Positions 23,666-38,542 are shown, counted from the first letter of the stretch. The stretch is 64,000 nucleotides of DNA from Octopus vulgaris (GCA_951406725.2 OX597815.1:115630001-115694000); one strand, 5' to 3'. Notes: generated by a model from the letters alone, not told the origin. Translations and numbers: made by a program.

Positions 23666-25432
23666 CCTCCCTCTTCATATGCCATATTCACAGAAGTCTA
23701 TGATCATAGACCTCCATATCTGCTTGTCCCCACATAACTTTGCAAATGTTGTTACTTTCCATGCAACTAAATTACAAATACATATAAAATAATTTTTATT
23801 ACAAAAATAATTTTCATGGGCAGATACTGAAATGTAAAAAGCATTTTAAGCCAAGTCACCTGTCAAAATATTTTTACACTGTACCTGAACACCAGAAATA
23901 AATTAAGCAATATTTCAAATGAAGCAATATCAGAACTTTAAAGTATTCACAGAAAAGTATGTTGCCCTAATACAAATCTATCTAAATTATGCTCAGAGTA
24001 AAAAAAAAAGTAAGATATAAATAATCTTGCTGTTTAGCTCCAAATGAGCTCTGAATGAGCAGACCTATAATCAAAAGCATCTCAACCATGACCATCTAGG
24101 ACTACATTATCCAATGTGTAATTTGAGGGAGATTTAGCTGTCATTTCTAGGAGATCAAACAAAACTGTTATTAGGTTACCAGTTCATGAATCTGGAGATT
24201 ATTAAATCTACTCAGTTAATGAGGATGATTGATGATGCTAACAACAATGATAGGCAGTTGTAAGAGTGAAGAGGAGCTAACTGAGAATACTTATTTCTAA
24301 AAGAAGTATTATATCACTGTATTCTAGTTCAAATAATTTGTTAGATGTGTTTCTTTATTGTTAAAGAAGCAGTGGTGTATCAGTGAGAGTATGTGAATAT
24401 CAGGGGGAGGTAGTGGTATAATAGAGAGAGTATATTTGCATGCCATTACAAGCAACTCCCATTGGCTCTGTCTGCCTAATATTATCATCAAATGCCTTTA
24501 TGTAGGGGTAGGCTCTTGTGAAGCCAATTCCTAATTATATCTGTGTTACTTCACTTTAGTTGCTAATGTACTCGAGAAGGAAATGTATGTTGAAAATCTC
24601 ATCTTCCTTCTATGTCTTACACTTCTACCAACTTAGGGAGGGCAATGGAAAATTGCTGCAATTTACACTTCATAGCAATTCTATAGTGTTCTGGAAAGTT
24701 GTGTTGTAAAAGAAGGAGAGATAGTTTTTCTTTTTTTTTTTTTTTTTTTGAAATATTAACTCATTTTCTAACTCAAACATTTTATATGTAAAAGTAAATT
24801 TTAACCATAGCAAAATTTTACTTTTTAATAATATGTTTGACAAGGGGATTTGCAATTACATTGCTAAAATCTTAAAGAAAGGTTCTGAACATCACCCACT
24901 TTCATTGCTTCCTCCTCTAAATTTAAAAATGAAATGGCTTAGTGGATGTGTTATTGAGTTATCATCTCATGAACTTGAAGCTCAAATCTGCAGCAAGCAC
25001 TTGATAAGTATTTGAGCAATACACTTCACTCTATATACCTCAGTCTACTAGACAATCAAAAGTAGACATCAACTTAAAATTTTATTTTCTGAACTGTTAA
25101 TCATATCTTGAAAGTGTGAATTTATAATATTTATTTTGATGCTATATTTAGCTTGTTTGATCTCCAGTTTTCATCTTGTTGTGGGTATTCATTCATTTGT
25201 ATGTTTTACTTCCAAAAATACTGTATAAGATGTAATACAATATATTAGAAGTAAAATGAAAGTAAAATGCTTCCTACTGTCATTCTCACACATACTCTTT
25301 ATTTCTTTTGTTTGACAGCTTCCTATTTCTCCACTTTGTCATTTGCATAACAGCAAACCAACACACAAGCTATTTAATTTATGTTAATTATTTCTGGTAT
25401 TCTTATTTCTTTCTTTTCATTCTCTTTACTAG

Positions 25433-25633
25433 GTTCCACTGTATTTTCTCAGTCCAGTTCTAGTAGCAGCACACCATTTAAAACTGCAACAACTATTAAT
25501 TCAAGTGCTGGCAGTGGAAGTCCTTTGATAAGTACAAGCAAGAAATCAACCCGCAGAATCAGTGCAAAGGATGGTAGCCGTATCTTAGACAAGTTTGAAC
25601 GCAAGAATACAATAGTAGATGATCCTTCACCAG
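25433..25633 (+). CDS. unc-80: UNC80 exon, Ser/Thr-rich: (G)STVFSQSSSSSSTPFK...RKNTIVDDPSP
   Basis: Pyrimidine tract plus actAG acceptor, CCAG|gtattg donor, 201 nt, phase 1/1. Confidence 0.88.
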
Positions 25634-26144
25634 GTATTGTAATTCATCATTCATGTTAAATACTCACCTTGTAATAAGGATAAATGTGCATCCATAAAAT
25701 AAACCCAACATTCCAGTTATATTCAAAGAGAGAAAGACACAATAGTTCCATCATATTTTGAATCAGACATATATATTAAAACAAAATAATAGAATAATAT
25801 CAAATAATATAAAATTAACTATAGAATTTTTTAGTTTATTTTTTTAGGAAGCGATTTGGTAGAAATTGTGTGCTAAAGCTGAAATAATAACATTGTTGTA
25901 GAGTGCTGATATGCATTTAAAGCACAAATTTATCATGATATACCCAATTTTGTTTTATATTGTCATAGCATATATCATCAAATATGAAAGTCTTTCATTA
26001 TACATCCATAGCCTGGTAGCTAACACTAATATTCTATTCTGTCTCAGTTTATATTGTAGATTAAAATATCTATGACCAGAGATACAGTGAAAGTATCTGA
26101 TATTTAATAAATATGATCCAGTTTCAAAATGACGCAAAAGTAAA

Positions 26145-26288
26145 TATAAGGTTGTCCCAAAAGTTCATAGAAAGTCTTGGAAAATAATGGTCTTTATTTT
26201 GAGGAATAATTTTTGTTGTTTTTGTTAGTACTTGGCGAGTAAAAATTCAATTTTCACAAGTGTTTACGAACTTTTGGGACAACCTAAT
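26145..26288. mobile_element. Mariner-type MITE
   Basis: TIRs (TA)TAAGGTTGTCCCAAAAGTTCATA and TACGAACTTTTGGGACAACCTAA(TA), TA flanks, ~95-bp non-coding interior. Confidence 0.85.
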
Positions 26289-26516
26289 ATAAGGGCATAT
26301 GTGTATTGTTAATGGCTACCATGACTTTACCATGAAGCAACAACAGAAAATATAATTTATTGAAAAAATTTCCTCTGCAGAATATATATTAGACATATAT
26401 ACTCAAGACCAAACTGTAATTAATTCAAAATATCATCTTTTCAGAGATAACATGTTTAGAATTTATAGGAAAATTGAGTATGCAGTATTTTGTTTTAATT
26501 TAAATACATTTTTCAG

Positions 26517-26660
26517 AACCTCCTGAAACTACCTCACCCAAATTACAACGACAGTCTACAATATGTTTTCAAGTTCGTCAAGGAAGCCCTAGTAGGACTT
26601 CTCAACCAGCTGGTATTGTCTTTGAAAATGAATGCTCTGAAAGTCAAGTAAATGGTGCAG
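26517..26660 (+). CDS. unc-80: UNC80 exon: (E)PPETTSPKLQRQSTICFQVRQGSPSRTSQPAGIVFENECSESQVNGA
   Basis: ttttcAG acceptor, GCAG|gtatta donor, 144 nt open frame, phase 1/1. Not in the ORF track. Confidence 0.85.
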
Positions 26661-27047
26661 GTATTATTATATTTGTCATATTTGTAAATTCCATGTAGCA
26701 GGAGACTAAACTGTTATATTTCTATGCCAGAGTTTAATTCTTTTCTGTAAAATGACATCAGTTTGTAATGGATGAGAGATGATTAAAAGTTGTCCTTGGA
26801 TTTTTTTTTTATTTAGACAAAACATTTTGCTGACCTGTGATTATTATCTGTGATAATAAAACAAGGCTTCATAACATACAAAGCATAACAGGAAGTAATG
26901 CACCATTAAATAACAACAGCTCTGTTTGTTTGGGCGATATGTTGTACAAAAGTATCAAGTTCATCTCTCCTTCTCATAAAATACCATAAAAATTCATACA
27001 AACATGAGTGTTGATTTAATACATAACTGTTTACTTTATCTCTTCAG

Positions 27048-27382
27048 TAACTGGAGCTATGACTGACGAAGAAGGCTCTGCAGATGTTTCAAGCCATGAT
27101 CCTGCCAAACATCGTCTGCAGAGGCAAGATGCCAAGAGTCGCAAAACATTCAAAATTAAAAAGAAAACCAAAACCACTAGTATGAGACACCTTATTTCTC
27201 GGCGTGGTTTACAAGACCAGGGGGATGGTGAAATAGTTACTTTACATCAAGGTTCCCCAACCCATGGACCTCTCAGTTCAGCATTTGGTCCCGATGCCCA
27301 AACATTACAGTTACGTCGAACAGGAGCTGGAGCACCTATTGCGAAATCAGTCGAAGTTATTCCAGAGGCTGTTGAAGTAAAG
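27048..27382 (+). CDS. unc-80: UNC80 exon: (V)TGAMTDEEG...HRLQRQDAKSRKTFKIKKK...EAVEVK
   Basis: tcttcAG acceptor, AAG|gtatcg donor, 335 nt, phase 1/0, GC-richer than its flanks. Confidence 0.9.
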
Positions 27383-27559
27383 GTATCGTTTGTTATAAAA
27401 CAACATATTATTTTCACTTTCATGATTTGTTACATTTAAAGAAAGAATGTTCTAATTTTGCCTTTATATTTGAAGCATGCGCTTAACTATATTGTATTTT
27501 ATGTGTGTGTGTGTGAATGTGATGAGTATTTGTGTATATATTATTTAAGTGTGTATGTA

Positions 27560-27590
<31 letters not shown>

Positions 27591-28538
27591 GTGTATATAT
27601 ATATATACACACACATATATACACACATATATACTCAAACAAACAGTCCTATTTGCATGTATAGTTGTGTCTTTCATAAACATTCTCTTGATGTAATTCT
27701 TTAGTGTATCTTTTTGAAAAAGATACATGTTGTTCATTTTTTTTTATTATTACATTTATTAATATGAAGGGTTCTTATATTAATAAATATTCATATATAT
27801 ATATAGAGAGAGAGAGCTTAAAGTTTACTGTATTTTAAACTTAAGGATGAAAATTACTATGTTTAGTATGTTGCAATATTCATAATTAAACTTAATATAT
27901 AGGAAGTTTAAAGAGAAAACTATGTAAAATAAACTTGTAGACTCAGAATTAGGCAAAAATAACTCGGTTAGTTGGGGTTAAGGAAATAATAGTCTCATCG
28001 AAAAACAGCAGGTCTGTAGACTTCTTGAAAAAAAAATGCATTAGTGACCGAATTAACAAGAGAGTCTGACACAAACTGCTGTGGAGGACAAATGCTGAGA
28101 GTGAAAGGGTAACAAATAACAATAATTCCACTGCTAGAAGTTCTCAGTAAAAGGAGAATCTTCAGTGTCTGGTATTGTAAAAATGTTGTAATCTGAAATG
28201 TATATTATATCCGAGTCTAATGACAGTATGGAAGTTTTTTTTTAATTTTTCTGACATTATTAGAGTATATTATTTATAAAATCAAACCTCTTTACTATTA
28301 ATCATTCATTGATATCTTACATTTTATAATGTCATCCAACTTGAAGAGAGTTCAGTTTTGAGCTGAACTCCAAACCTGAACGAGTTTAAGGCTAGCATGC
28401 ATCATTGAAATACTAGCCAATATAAACTGGAAGATAATTTTGACTTTATGTTTTGGGAGAGGAATAAGTTCAGTAAGTTTAAAAAGCTGATGTAATTCCA
28501 GTAAATTGATGACATATGAATAATTCAGACACTCAAAA

Positions 28539-28577
<39 letters not shown>

Positions 28578-28686
28578 GGAGTGCCTGTGTAGTATGAAGC
28601 TTGCTTCCCAACCACATGGTTCTTGGTTCAGTTCCATTGCATGACACATTGGGCAAACTTGGCCAACCAAAGCCTTGTGAGTGAAG

Positions 28687-28752
<66 letters not shown>

Positions 28753-30318
28753 GTATATCTATATATATGTATATCTATGTATTAGTGTGTCTGTGTTTGT
28801 CACCCTACCATCGTTTGACAACCAACATTGGTGTGTTTACGTCCCCGTAACTTGGTGGTTCACCAAAAGAGACCAATAGAATAAGTACTAGGTTGCAAAG
28901 AATAAGTCCTGGAGTTGATTTGTTCGACTAAAGGTGGTGCTCCAGCATGGCCACAGTCAAATGATTGAAACAAGTAAAAGAATATATATATATATGATTG
29001 AAAACAGATTGCTAGAACTATTAGAGAATGTATTATTTGGATGTTCAAATATGATTGCTTAATTTATATGTTATTCCACTCTATGCAATCATTAAAGTGT
29101 CAGACAAAATGCCTTGCAGTATTTAGTTACAGCTTTTTACATTCTGAGTTTAAATCTTAGAAAGGTTAATTTTATCTTTTATTTTTCTGAAATTGATATC
29201 AACTTGTAGCAAGAGGACATTAATTTCCTAGAATTCAGGTAGATCGCTAATGGTGTCATGTTTTGGTCTCCTATTGTTTTTCGACTTTCCAATGACAATC
29301 CCTTCTAACATAACTAGCACTCATTAGAAGACTAAGAATTTCCAACTAAAGAATATGAGTTTCAGTACTAGCACTTGTTTCATCATAACAAAGAAACAAG
29401 AGGCCATGTTCCCAAGTGTGTAATATAAGAATGGTATTCATGGGAACTTATATGTGCTCTGCTTAAACTGTGAGCATCCATATAAGTATTACTTTGGTTT
29501 GTAACTTTGCAAGATATTCAACACATGTTTCTTTGAAAGTAATTCTAATTGCAAAAATATCAAAATTTTTATAGCCATTCTTCTCATAAAAGTGTCATGG
29601 ATTGCTTTAAACTGCACACAAGAAATAAAAAGGTGAACAGAATTATCTTAACATCTCAGCTTTAAGGATAAAAATAATAGAAAATCAGGATGTTCTTTGT
29701 GAAGGTATAAGTAAATGGGAGAATCAAAATAACAAAAACTACAGTTAAGATAAACTTGAATGGTACCACTATGGTTGGTGGTTTTGAGGTAGGTGTGACA
29801 TATTGAGAAATACCTGAAGACACAAAGAATTATTATACTCAACACTTTGTGAACACCACATCACAACCACTAGTATCACTGCCACTAGCACTATCATCAT
29901 CATTATCACTATCGCCACTACCACCACCAACACCACCACCAACACTGGCATTATATATCTGCTTAGCTATATTTTATAAGCCTGATGTAGCAGCTGTTTA
30001 TTTTGTTAAAATGCAAAATATTCTCAGTTTATTTATTTTTAATATTGTTTTAATCAGGAGATATTTGTAATGACTTCCTCATTTCTTCCTGAACCATACT
30101 TCCTCTTGGAACTACCAACTGTTAGAAAGTTTGTCAGATAATGATAATGTGTGGTGTTAACAGCTGATTTTGTTTTCCTTCCTTCAGCTCCATAATGTTC
30201 TCATTGTTTATTTTTGATTTTTATTTATTCATGTTCATGTTTATTTGTCATTTATATTTTGCAAATTGTTTAAATTAATTTATTGAAAAATGTTAACTTT
30301 CTAACCAAATATCCATAT

Positions 30319-30367
<49 letters not shown>

Positions 30368-32001
30368 CACTCAGAGCTTCACTCTGTTAAAGCGGAATGA
30401 CCAAGTGGATATGGTGTTTTGAATTTAAATCCATAAGTTTTCTGTTCAAGTTACTGCAAACATCTCAGAGTGTTTAAGCAGTGCACTTAACTCTATGCAC
30501 CTTATCTTACTTATCTTACTGGGAATATTTCCTTATCGTACTGGGAACAGTGTGAGAGATATTCTAGTAATGTTACTTAGCTGGATAGGCTGCAACCTAT
30601 CTAGCAAAAGATTCTTTCCCTTTTCATTAATACCAGGAAATCAAAGCTAAGACACAAAGAATTAGATCACATGTGTGTAAGTATGTGATTTAAACATTAT
30701 TATCATTATCATTAGGGTGAGAAATTGGCAGAAATAGTAGAACGCCAGACTAAATGCCTAATGGTATTTAGATATGTTCCTATTCATTCTAAATTCAAAT
30801 TTCACTGTAGTCGACTTTGCCTGTCAAATACAGATCAACCCTGACCACACATTGTCTTGTGTGGCTTTACTTTTCAAAGACAGTAAGGGGTGTTTTCAAT
30901 AAGACTTGGTTGTTATTTCTAGCAAAAATGAGTGACTACTTAAGCATGCCCATTTTTTGCTTGTTGCTTCAGAATTGATAAAACAAATACCAGCGATATA
31001 TTTGTATCAATTCAGTCACCAATTTTACAAATCTGTGGCCTTGTCTCAATACAAGAAATGGTTATTATTCTTACTGTTATTTACTGTGGTGGAGGGGTAC
31101 AACCAATTCAGTGCCTGACTTGCAGCATTCAGTTACATTCTTTTATGTTCTTGGTTCAAACTTTACTTTTCATCCCTTTGGGAGAGGGTGATATATTAGA
31201 AATGTATAAGTACTCAGGTTAGATAAATTAACAATACCCAACCCAAAATATTTTTTGTCTTGTGCCAAATCTCAATATCATTGTTGCATATTTTGTTGTA
31301 GTTGTTGCTATTATTGTTATTACTAATATACTAATACTGCTACTATAACAAAATTTCTTTTACTAATGGATTATTCTTATTTCAGAAGAGGCATTCTTTC
31401 CAAAAATAAGTGACATTGTCCATTGTGTAGCAGAGATATTTTTGACGCTAAGAAGTCCAAATCATCATTCAAAACAAATGAACCTTTCAACATTTAAAAA
31501 AATCTGCTGTTTAAAATGGATCTACAAGCGTCTGCTGTGTATGTGTGTTTCTGGGCATAAGTGTGCATATGTATGTTACTATTATAACAGTGTCACATGC
31601 ATTTAGAAAAGCACTAAGCCTAATTATTTAGAGAAAGGCAACATTCAAATGATAAGTTATCATTTTTCTTGCTCAGTAAATATGAAACGTTTTTAACTGT
31701 ATCCATTAAGAGTAACTTTAACATGATGTGAAAACAAATGCAAACAATTTATAATCAGAAATTTTTAAAAACCGGTGCATTTTCCTGAGGTTTAAGTTAA
31801 AGAAATGCTTCATGTCATAAAAAGATTTATAATGGTTAGTGATGGCCATCAGGCAAATATATAAAAGATTTTTGTTGTTGTTATTCTTTTGAGATTGGTA
31901 AAATAAATACCACTGAAGTACATGTCAACTAAATCAATTACACTTCTCCAAAATTTGTGGGTTTGTGCCACAGATATAAATTATTATTATTATTATTATA
32001 A

Positions 32002-32436
32002 GGGTAATAGATTGGCAAAGTCATTACAGTGTTGGACAAAATGCCTTGTGGTATTTCTTCAGGCTCTTTACATTCTAAGCTCAAATCCCACCAAGACCAG
32101 CTTTGCCTTTCATCCCTCTGGGATTAATAAAATGAAATAGGAGTCATGTATTGGGATAAGTAGTATCTACTAACCCTCTACCTTCAAGACTACTGGCTTA
32201 CTACCTAAATTAGAAATAATTTTTGGTAGCAAGCTGGTGGATCATTAAGAGCATTAGAAAAAGTACCTTGCAGTGTTCCAGCTCTTTACATTCTGAGTTC
32301 AACTCCCACCAGGGTCAACTTTGCCTTTCACCCTTTCAAAGTCAATAAAATAAAGTATCAGTCTATAACCGGGGTTGATGGTATACACTAAACTCCACTC
32401 TTCAAAAATTACTGGCCTCAGGCCAAAATTAGGAAC
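32002..32436 (+). mobile_element. Tandem pair of the ~210-bp SINE between (ATT)n tracts
   Basis: Copies at 32002-32215 and 32224-32436, with (ATT)n before and after. Confidence 0.8.
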
Positions 32437-32445
32437 ATCTATTGC

Positions 32446-32494
<49 letters not shown>

Positions 32495-33120
32495 TCAATC
32501 TTGCTAAATCATTTAGCTTTAAATTTGATATTTAAGTATGAAAAAAAATCAAACAGCTTTTTAAAGAATTTATTGCAAGTATAGAAAAAACACTCAGAAA
32601 TGGGATCTTTTTCTTTTTTTAAAAAAATTTTATTCCTAAAAAGCCTAAGTGTAAAATCATGGCCTTTGTCAGCTGCTTAACTGCTTACTAAACATATCTT
32701 TTGATACCCATATCTTTAATTAACTTCAAACACAGTCGAATATGATACATCAATGTATTAAAACAATAATTGAAATTCTTGTTAACTGTGCCTCTTCTTT
32801 AATGATTTAGTTCATTTCAATTTATTGTATTTTATTTATATTCTAATTGCTTTAATGGAAAAAAATAAACAAGCAACAATGAAGCAGAGCCTTAAAGTCT
32901 AAACCTCTTTCCAATTTACAATATTTTTTTTATTTGGCAAGTGGTGTTAATACCTAGGAGTTATTATATAGCTCAATCAAAAAGTTGGAATTGTCACAAA
33001 GTTTAAAGTTAAAGAGAATTACTGAGATGTTAGTGTACTTTGTCCTCATGGCAGTAACAACAGTAATAATAATAATCATTATATCATTACAATTATAATC
33101 AACATTATTATCATTATTAA

Positions 33121-33800
33121 GGTGGTGAGCTGACAGAATTGTTAACATACTGAACAAAATGCTTAGCGGTATTTTGTCTGTCACTACATTCTGAGTTCAA
33201 ATTCTGCTGAGGTCAACTTTGCCTTTCATCCTTTCAGGGTCGATAAAATAAGTACCAGTTGAGAACTGGAGTCAATGTAATTGACTAGTCCCCTCCCCAC
33301 AAATTTGAGTCCTTGTAGCTCCAGTAGAAAAGATTATTATTTTTATTATTATTAAGGTAGTGAGTTGGCAGAATCATTAGCATACCAGACAAAATGCTTG
33401 GTAACATTTGTTCCAGCTCTTTACTTTCTAAGTTCAAATACCACTGAGGTCAACTTTGCCTCTCATCCTTTTGGGGTTGATAAAATAGGTACCAGTTGAG
33501 AACTGAGCTCAATGTTATCAACTAGCCCCATCCACCAAAATTTCCAGCCTTGGGCTTATTGTAGAAAGAATTATTGTTAACGTTATTAAGGTAGTAAGCT
33601 GGCAGACACATTAGCATGCCAGACAAAAATCCTTTGTGACATTTCTTTCAGCACTTTATTTCCTGAGTCTAAATGCTATTGAGGACAACTTATCTTTTCA
33701 AAGTTATGTTCCAAGTTTTAATCCTACCTTTTATCCCACTAAGGTCAATAAAACAAATATTAGTTAAGTACTGTTGGTAATCTAATTTGTGACCTTCTGC
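33121..33800 (+). mobile_element. Tandem triplet of the ~210-bp SINE separated by ATT repeats
   Basis: Copies start at ~33121, 33354 and 33589; the third is degraded. Confidence 0.82.
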
Positions 33801-34331
33801 CTATGATAGAAATGTATATTACTACAGCTTGTGTCAATTAATGAAGCAATAACTTGTTGGAATGGATTGTTTGCAGAACCAAACATACTCAAGAAAAGTA
33901 TGTTATGATATTCTAATGTTCAGGATTCTAGAGTACCATGATTATTAAAAAATTACTACTAAGATTATCTTTAAATGCAAGGTCTTAAGTTCAGAATTTT
34001 CTCTTACTTGTATAAGTCATCATTTAATTTGCTTCACTTAGTTTCTGGGGTTTTTTTTGGTTTTTTTGTTGTTGTTTTTTTACTGTAAAGTAAGTGTTAT
34101 CATTCTCAACTTGCAACTGGATAATTAGTATTAAGAAGGACATTTACGTCTCACATTTTCATATGTGATTAAATATCTAATTTGTGTAATTTTCCCATTC
34201 ATAAGAATTTTCAAAACAAAAAAACATAGATGTGAAGGAAACTGGAAGATATGAAGCATATAAGCTAATGTGGTCACTTTCCTCTTGGAGTTGTAGTTCT
34301 GCTGGCAACAATGGTCAACTATAGTTTAATC

Positions 34332-34370
<39 letters not shown>

Positions 34371-34568
34371 ACAAGCAAGTAAAAATGTGTTTAGCTTTTT
34401 GATTTAGTTTAGTTCACAGAATTTGATCATTGATATTATTGATATAAACAGCTTATATATATAGATAGATATATAAAGCTCTCTCTTTATCTCTCTGAAA
34501 ATATAGTCATCTAGGTATCCATAAGTAAGAAAATGCACTCATATTTGTCAATAGAATGGATATATGAA

Positions 34569-34745
34569 ATCAAAATATACAGTATTATAGATCCATTTCA
34601 GGTTTGCCTGCCATTGCTGAAGAGCACATGGTTTTAGTTAACTGCAGTGCACTCTAACATCTGGTTACCTAATATCCAATGCAAAACTAATAGGTAAGAT
34701 TGGCTGAAATGGATCTATAATCTTGTATATATTGTATACTTTGAT
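34569..34745. mobile_element. Fold-back element enclosing a degenerate hammerhead-like motif
   Basis: Arms ATTATAGATCCATTTCAG and CTGAAATGGATCTATAAT, plus outer matches. Interior CTGAAGA gca...tgc aAAAC taatag GTA. Confidence 0.65.
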
Positions 34746-37700
34746 CTGATGTATATATACATACATTTATATTTATATATGTATGTGTGTATGTAGCGAG
34801 AGAGAGACTTAGGTTACATTACCTATTAATATTTTGAAAAAAAAGCATTAAAATATTAATTGTATTTAATTTAAGTCAAACCTTTTAAGTCACAAATAAG
34901 CCATGTTTGACCTTTCTTTAAAACAGTGGTCAAATCCACTTATATAAGCATTGTATTAACGTGCCAAATTTAAGAAATATTTGTGTAAGAAGTTTACATT
35001 AAACAAAATTAAAATTAAGTTTTAAATACACCTAGTACAAAGTTATTCAAAATAGCAACTGAACATTTAAATTAATCTAGCAATAATTCAGCTCAGAAAC
35101 ATAAACATGGAATTTGTCTATCATACTACTTTTTGAAATAAATATGCCAAGAACATTATTGAAAATACATATAATGCTCAATATTCATTCTGAAAAGATT
35201 TTTCATTGTTGGCTACTATGGTGGTGGAAACAGAAATGGTACTAAATACTACATCCCTGATGCTTATAGAAATTATTTCAGTATAGTATATCTAGTTTCA
35301 AATAATTTTATGACTATATTTTTATCTAAGCATATACAAATATGTAAGTGCATGCATATGTATGAGTGTTTTGATATGACTATATATGTGTGTCTCTCTA
35401 TTTGCATATAAATATAATATCCATAGGAACGTGTGTATGTAATATTAATGTGTGCGAGTATATGTATGTGTGTATATGTATATATGCATGTACTTATAGA
35501 TAAATATGTAGGAGTTACAATTAACCCTAAAGTAATTTGTATGATACCTTTAATGCCATATATATATATTATTACTAAGGGCTAAAATTGAGATATTTTA
35601 GTCTGCCAATTAACATCATACATGTAAAAACATAAGAACTACAATAATGCAAACCAAGTTTTCAAAATATGAGTCCTTGGTCCTCTATAGCTTAAATGTA
35701 CAGTTTATTTGATAGGTCTTCAAATGAAGATGTAATGGGATGCTAGAAACTCAATATGAGATAATCTGAATGTAAATGTCTTCTGTACACATTAATAATT
35801 ATAAGTATGTGCCTCATAGGAAAGGCAGCATTTAAATTAGTTTTATATTTATAAGACTTCACTGACATATATGACATGTATGTTTGTTATATGTATGTTA
35901 ATTTTGTCTTTTTTTTAGTATGTATGTATGTGTGTGTGAAAGTATGCATTTATTATACATATATTGTATGTGGTCAGCTAGTATGCTTGTAATTATTAAT
36001 GAAATACTTACAAATAGATAGATTAGTGGCTGACTTTTACCTGGTAATTTCAAAAATAAAATTGTTTATTTTTTCAAGTGAAGGCAGTTACCTGCAATTT
36101 CTCACAGATTTTAATTATGGTAGGTTACCTGTTAAAACTTTGTTGCCGACCTACGTTAGGGCTGATGTGATTCACACCCAGTTTATTAATCCTTGTATTA
36201 TTATTATTTTTTTTTTGCATCCATGTTCCATTATTCCTGAGCCAACCATGCTAAAGCCAAGCACGCATGTCTCCGTCCTCACACATGATACTCTCATGTG
36301 TTCACAACCATTTCACACCATCTAATATCATCCAATTATTCACTGCCACTCCAACACTGACCTCATTGTTGTGTCACAACTTTTTTCATTGCTGCATGCT
36401 GATGTATGCATTATATCTCTCTATCCAGCTATATCTTTATATATGCAAAAAATCTTTCACATACACACACACACTCTCCCCATCTTTTTCTCTATTATTT
36501 CTCCCCTCCTCTGTGCGTGTGCACAAGGTATTTGTTTCTAAAGTGTAATCTTGATAATATAACCCGTCCAATTCAATCATCAATGTTGGTCCTGGCACAT
36601 GTACATTAACACTCACACCTGTTTTTACCTTTCCAGTTTGTTTCCCAAAATGCAAGCTTTGATATGTTTGCAACCCAACAGTCTGTTTAATTATCTTGCT
36701 CTCTCCATTTCTTTACCACAGAAGCAAGGGACTACATGAAACGTTGTTTTAGAAGCAACAATAACGAGTACAACAAATTGTTTATTCAGCATCATTATTT
36801 TGAGATTGGATCAACTCTTTTTACAGAGGATTTTTTTCATCTTGTTTTTTTTTTGCATTAATTATTTCTATTTTGTATAGTAAATGATTTCAGATATGTT
36901 GCATCTGTAGGAAAATATCTTAAATTCAATGCAATAGTTTCATTAGTTTTCTCATATTTGTATTGCACTAATCTCTGTACACCTGGTATAAACTAAACTC
37001 TCTAAAAACTGACTCTGATTTTTAATTCTAACCATAGCTCTCTCACTTCTTTTATACCATTAATATCCTTGAGAAAATATAACTTACATTTTATTCTTCC
37101 CTGAAATAAGTAAGGATACTTATTTTGATGGATACTCCTAGTAACTCTGTTTATCATACTAATCTATGAAGTAAATAGATTAGTATTTAGCTTTATCCTT
37201 ACTAAATGCATATTTTTTCCATTAACTGCATGTGTACAATAATTTTCTAGATTTAGTGAGTTTCTTGAAAAACTAAACAATTCTTCAAAGAAACTTTACT
37301 CATATTTATTTTTTTATTTACATATTTACTTTTTATTTATTTATTCAATTTCTGATTTCATCACAACAATTTTTAGTTTTCTTAGATAACAATTTTTTAT
37401 TTCTTTTCATGTAATTAGCTTAAGATTATTTTATTTCTATATGTTGATTGAATTATTGTTCCTTATACACAAAATTTGTTTGTAAGATTCTCTTATTAAA
37501 TTCCATAGATCTCTATAGTCATTTTCCTCTAGTCCTCAAATTTAGATGGATGTTAAATTATACCATTAAGTAGCATGCATACAGACATTAACATATGAAT
37601 ATATATATGTATATACATATATATTATATATATATGTATATTTATATATATATATATATATATATCTTTCATTTTCAGTGTCAATTATCAAGCATTAGGC

Positions 37701-37952
37701 TTTAAATTTATAGCTGAAGCATATCTTTTTTATTTAAGAATAATGTTATATTTTTCTTACTATATATTTATATGAAAATTTGATATACTTTTTATATATC
37801 CTACTATCATTATTCTGCACTTTCAGAATGCAGAATCATATACACACACACATGTATGTATATAAGTATGCGTGTGTGTGTATGTGTGTGTGTGATTGTA
37901 TTTTAATCATTGTCAAATAATTTTAGTTAGATGAAGATTGTTTGTGTAAGGG

Positions 37953-37992
<40 letters not shown>

Positions 37993-37993
<1 letters not shown>

Positions 37994-38305
37994 TGGAGGT
38001 GCAATGGCCCAGTGGTTAGAGCAGTGGACTTGCGGTTGTAGGATCACGGTTTTGATTCCCAGACCGGACATTGTGAGTGTTTATTGAGCAAAAACACCTA
38101 AAGCTCCACGAGGCTCCGGCAGGGGATGGTGGCAATCCCTGCTGTACTCTTTCGCCACAACTTTCTCTCACTCTTTCTTCTGTTGGCCTGCTCGCTTAGC
38201 CAGTGGGGTGGCGTCATTTGAAGGCTAAAACAGTGTGAAGCGCATTGTGACCAGCGATGTGTAGCAACATCTGATAGCCTGGTCGGTCACAGTGATCACA
38301 GTGAT
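37993..38305 (+). mobile_element. Young GC-rich tRNA-derived SINE inserted in (TA)n
   Basis: A box TGGCCCAGTGG, B-box-like GGTTTTGATTCCC, tail (TCACAGTGA)2, TA repeats on both sides. Confidence 0.85.
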
Positions 38306-38542
38306 ATATATATATAGTATTAAGAATATAATTCTAAGAAAAATTATACAACACATCTCATGTTTTTTCTCTATTCATTTTTGCTGAAATATGTACTCAT
38401 TGTGTTTGTGTATATAGATGTGCATGTATGCATATGTATGAAATAAAGTAAGATCATGTGTGTGTGTATTTGTTTTTATGGCTCTTATATATATATATAA
38501 GAATTAACATTAATCTGAAGAATTATTCAATATTTTTTAGTA

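Noticed and set aside
29350-29388. Minus-strand ATGATGA...GAAACTC hammerhead candidate
   Set aside because: C3 and the cleavage triplet are both missing; too degenerate.
30058-30141. Possible alternative terminal exon EIFVMTSS...KFVR*
   Set aside because: Only a generic acceptor and a short open frame, which is expected by chance in 30 kb.
37993-38075. tRNA gene
   Set aside because: The A/B boxes continue into a 230-bp unrelated body inside a TA tract and there is no complete cloverleaf. This is a SINE head.
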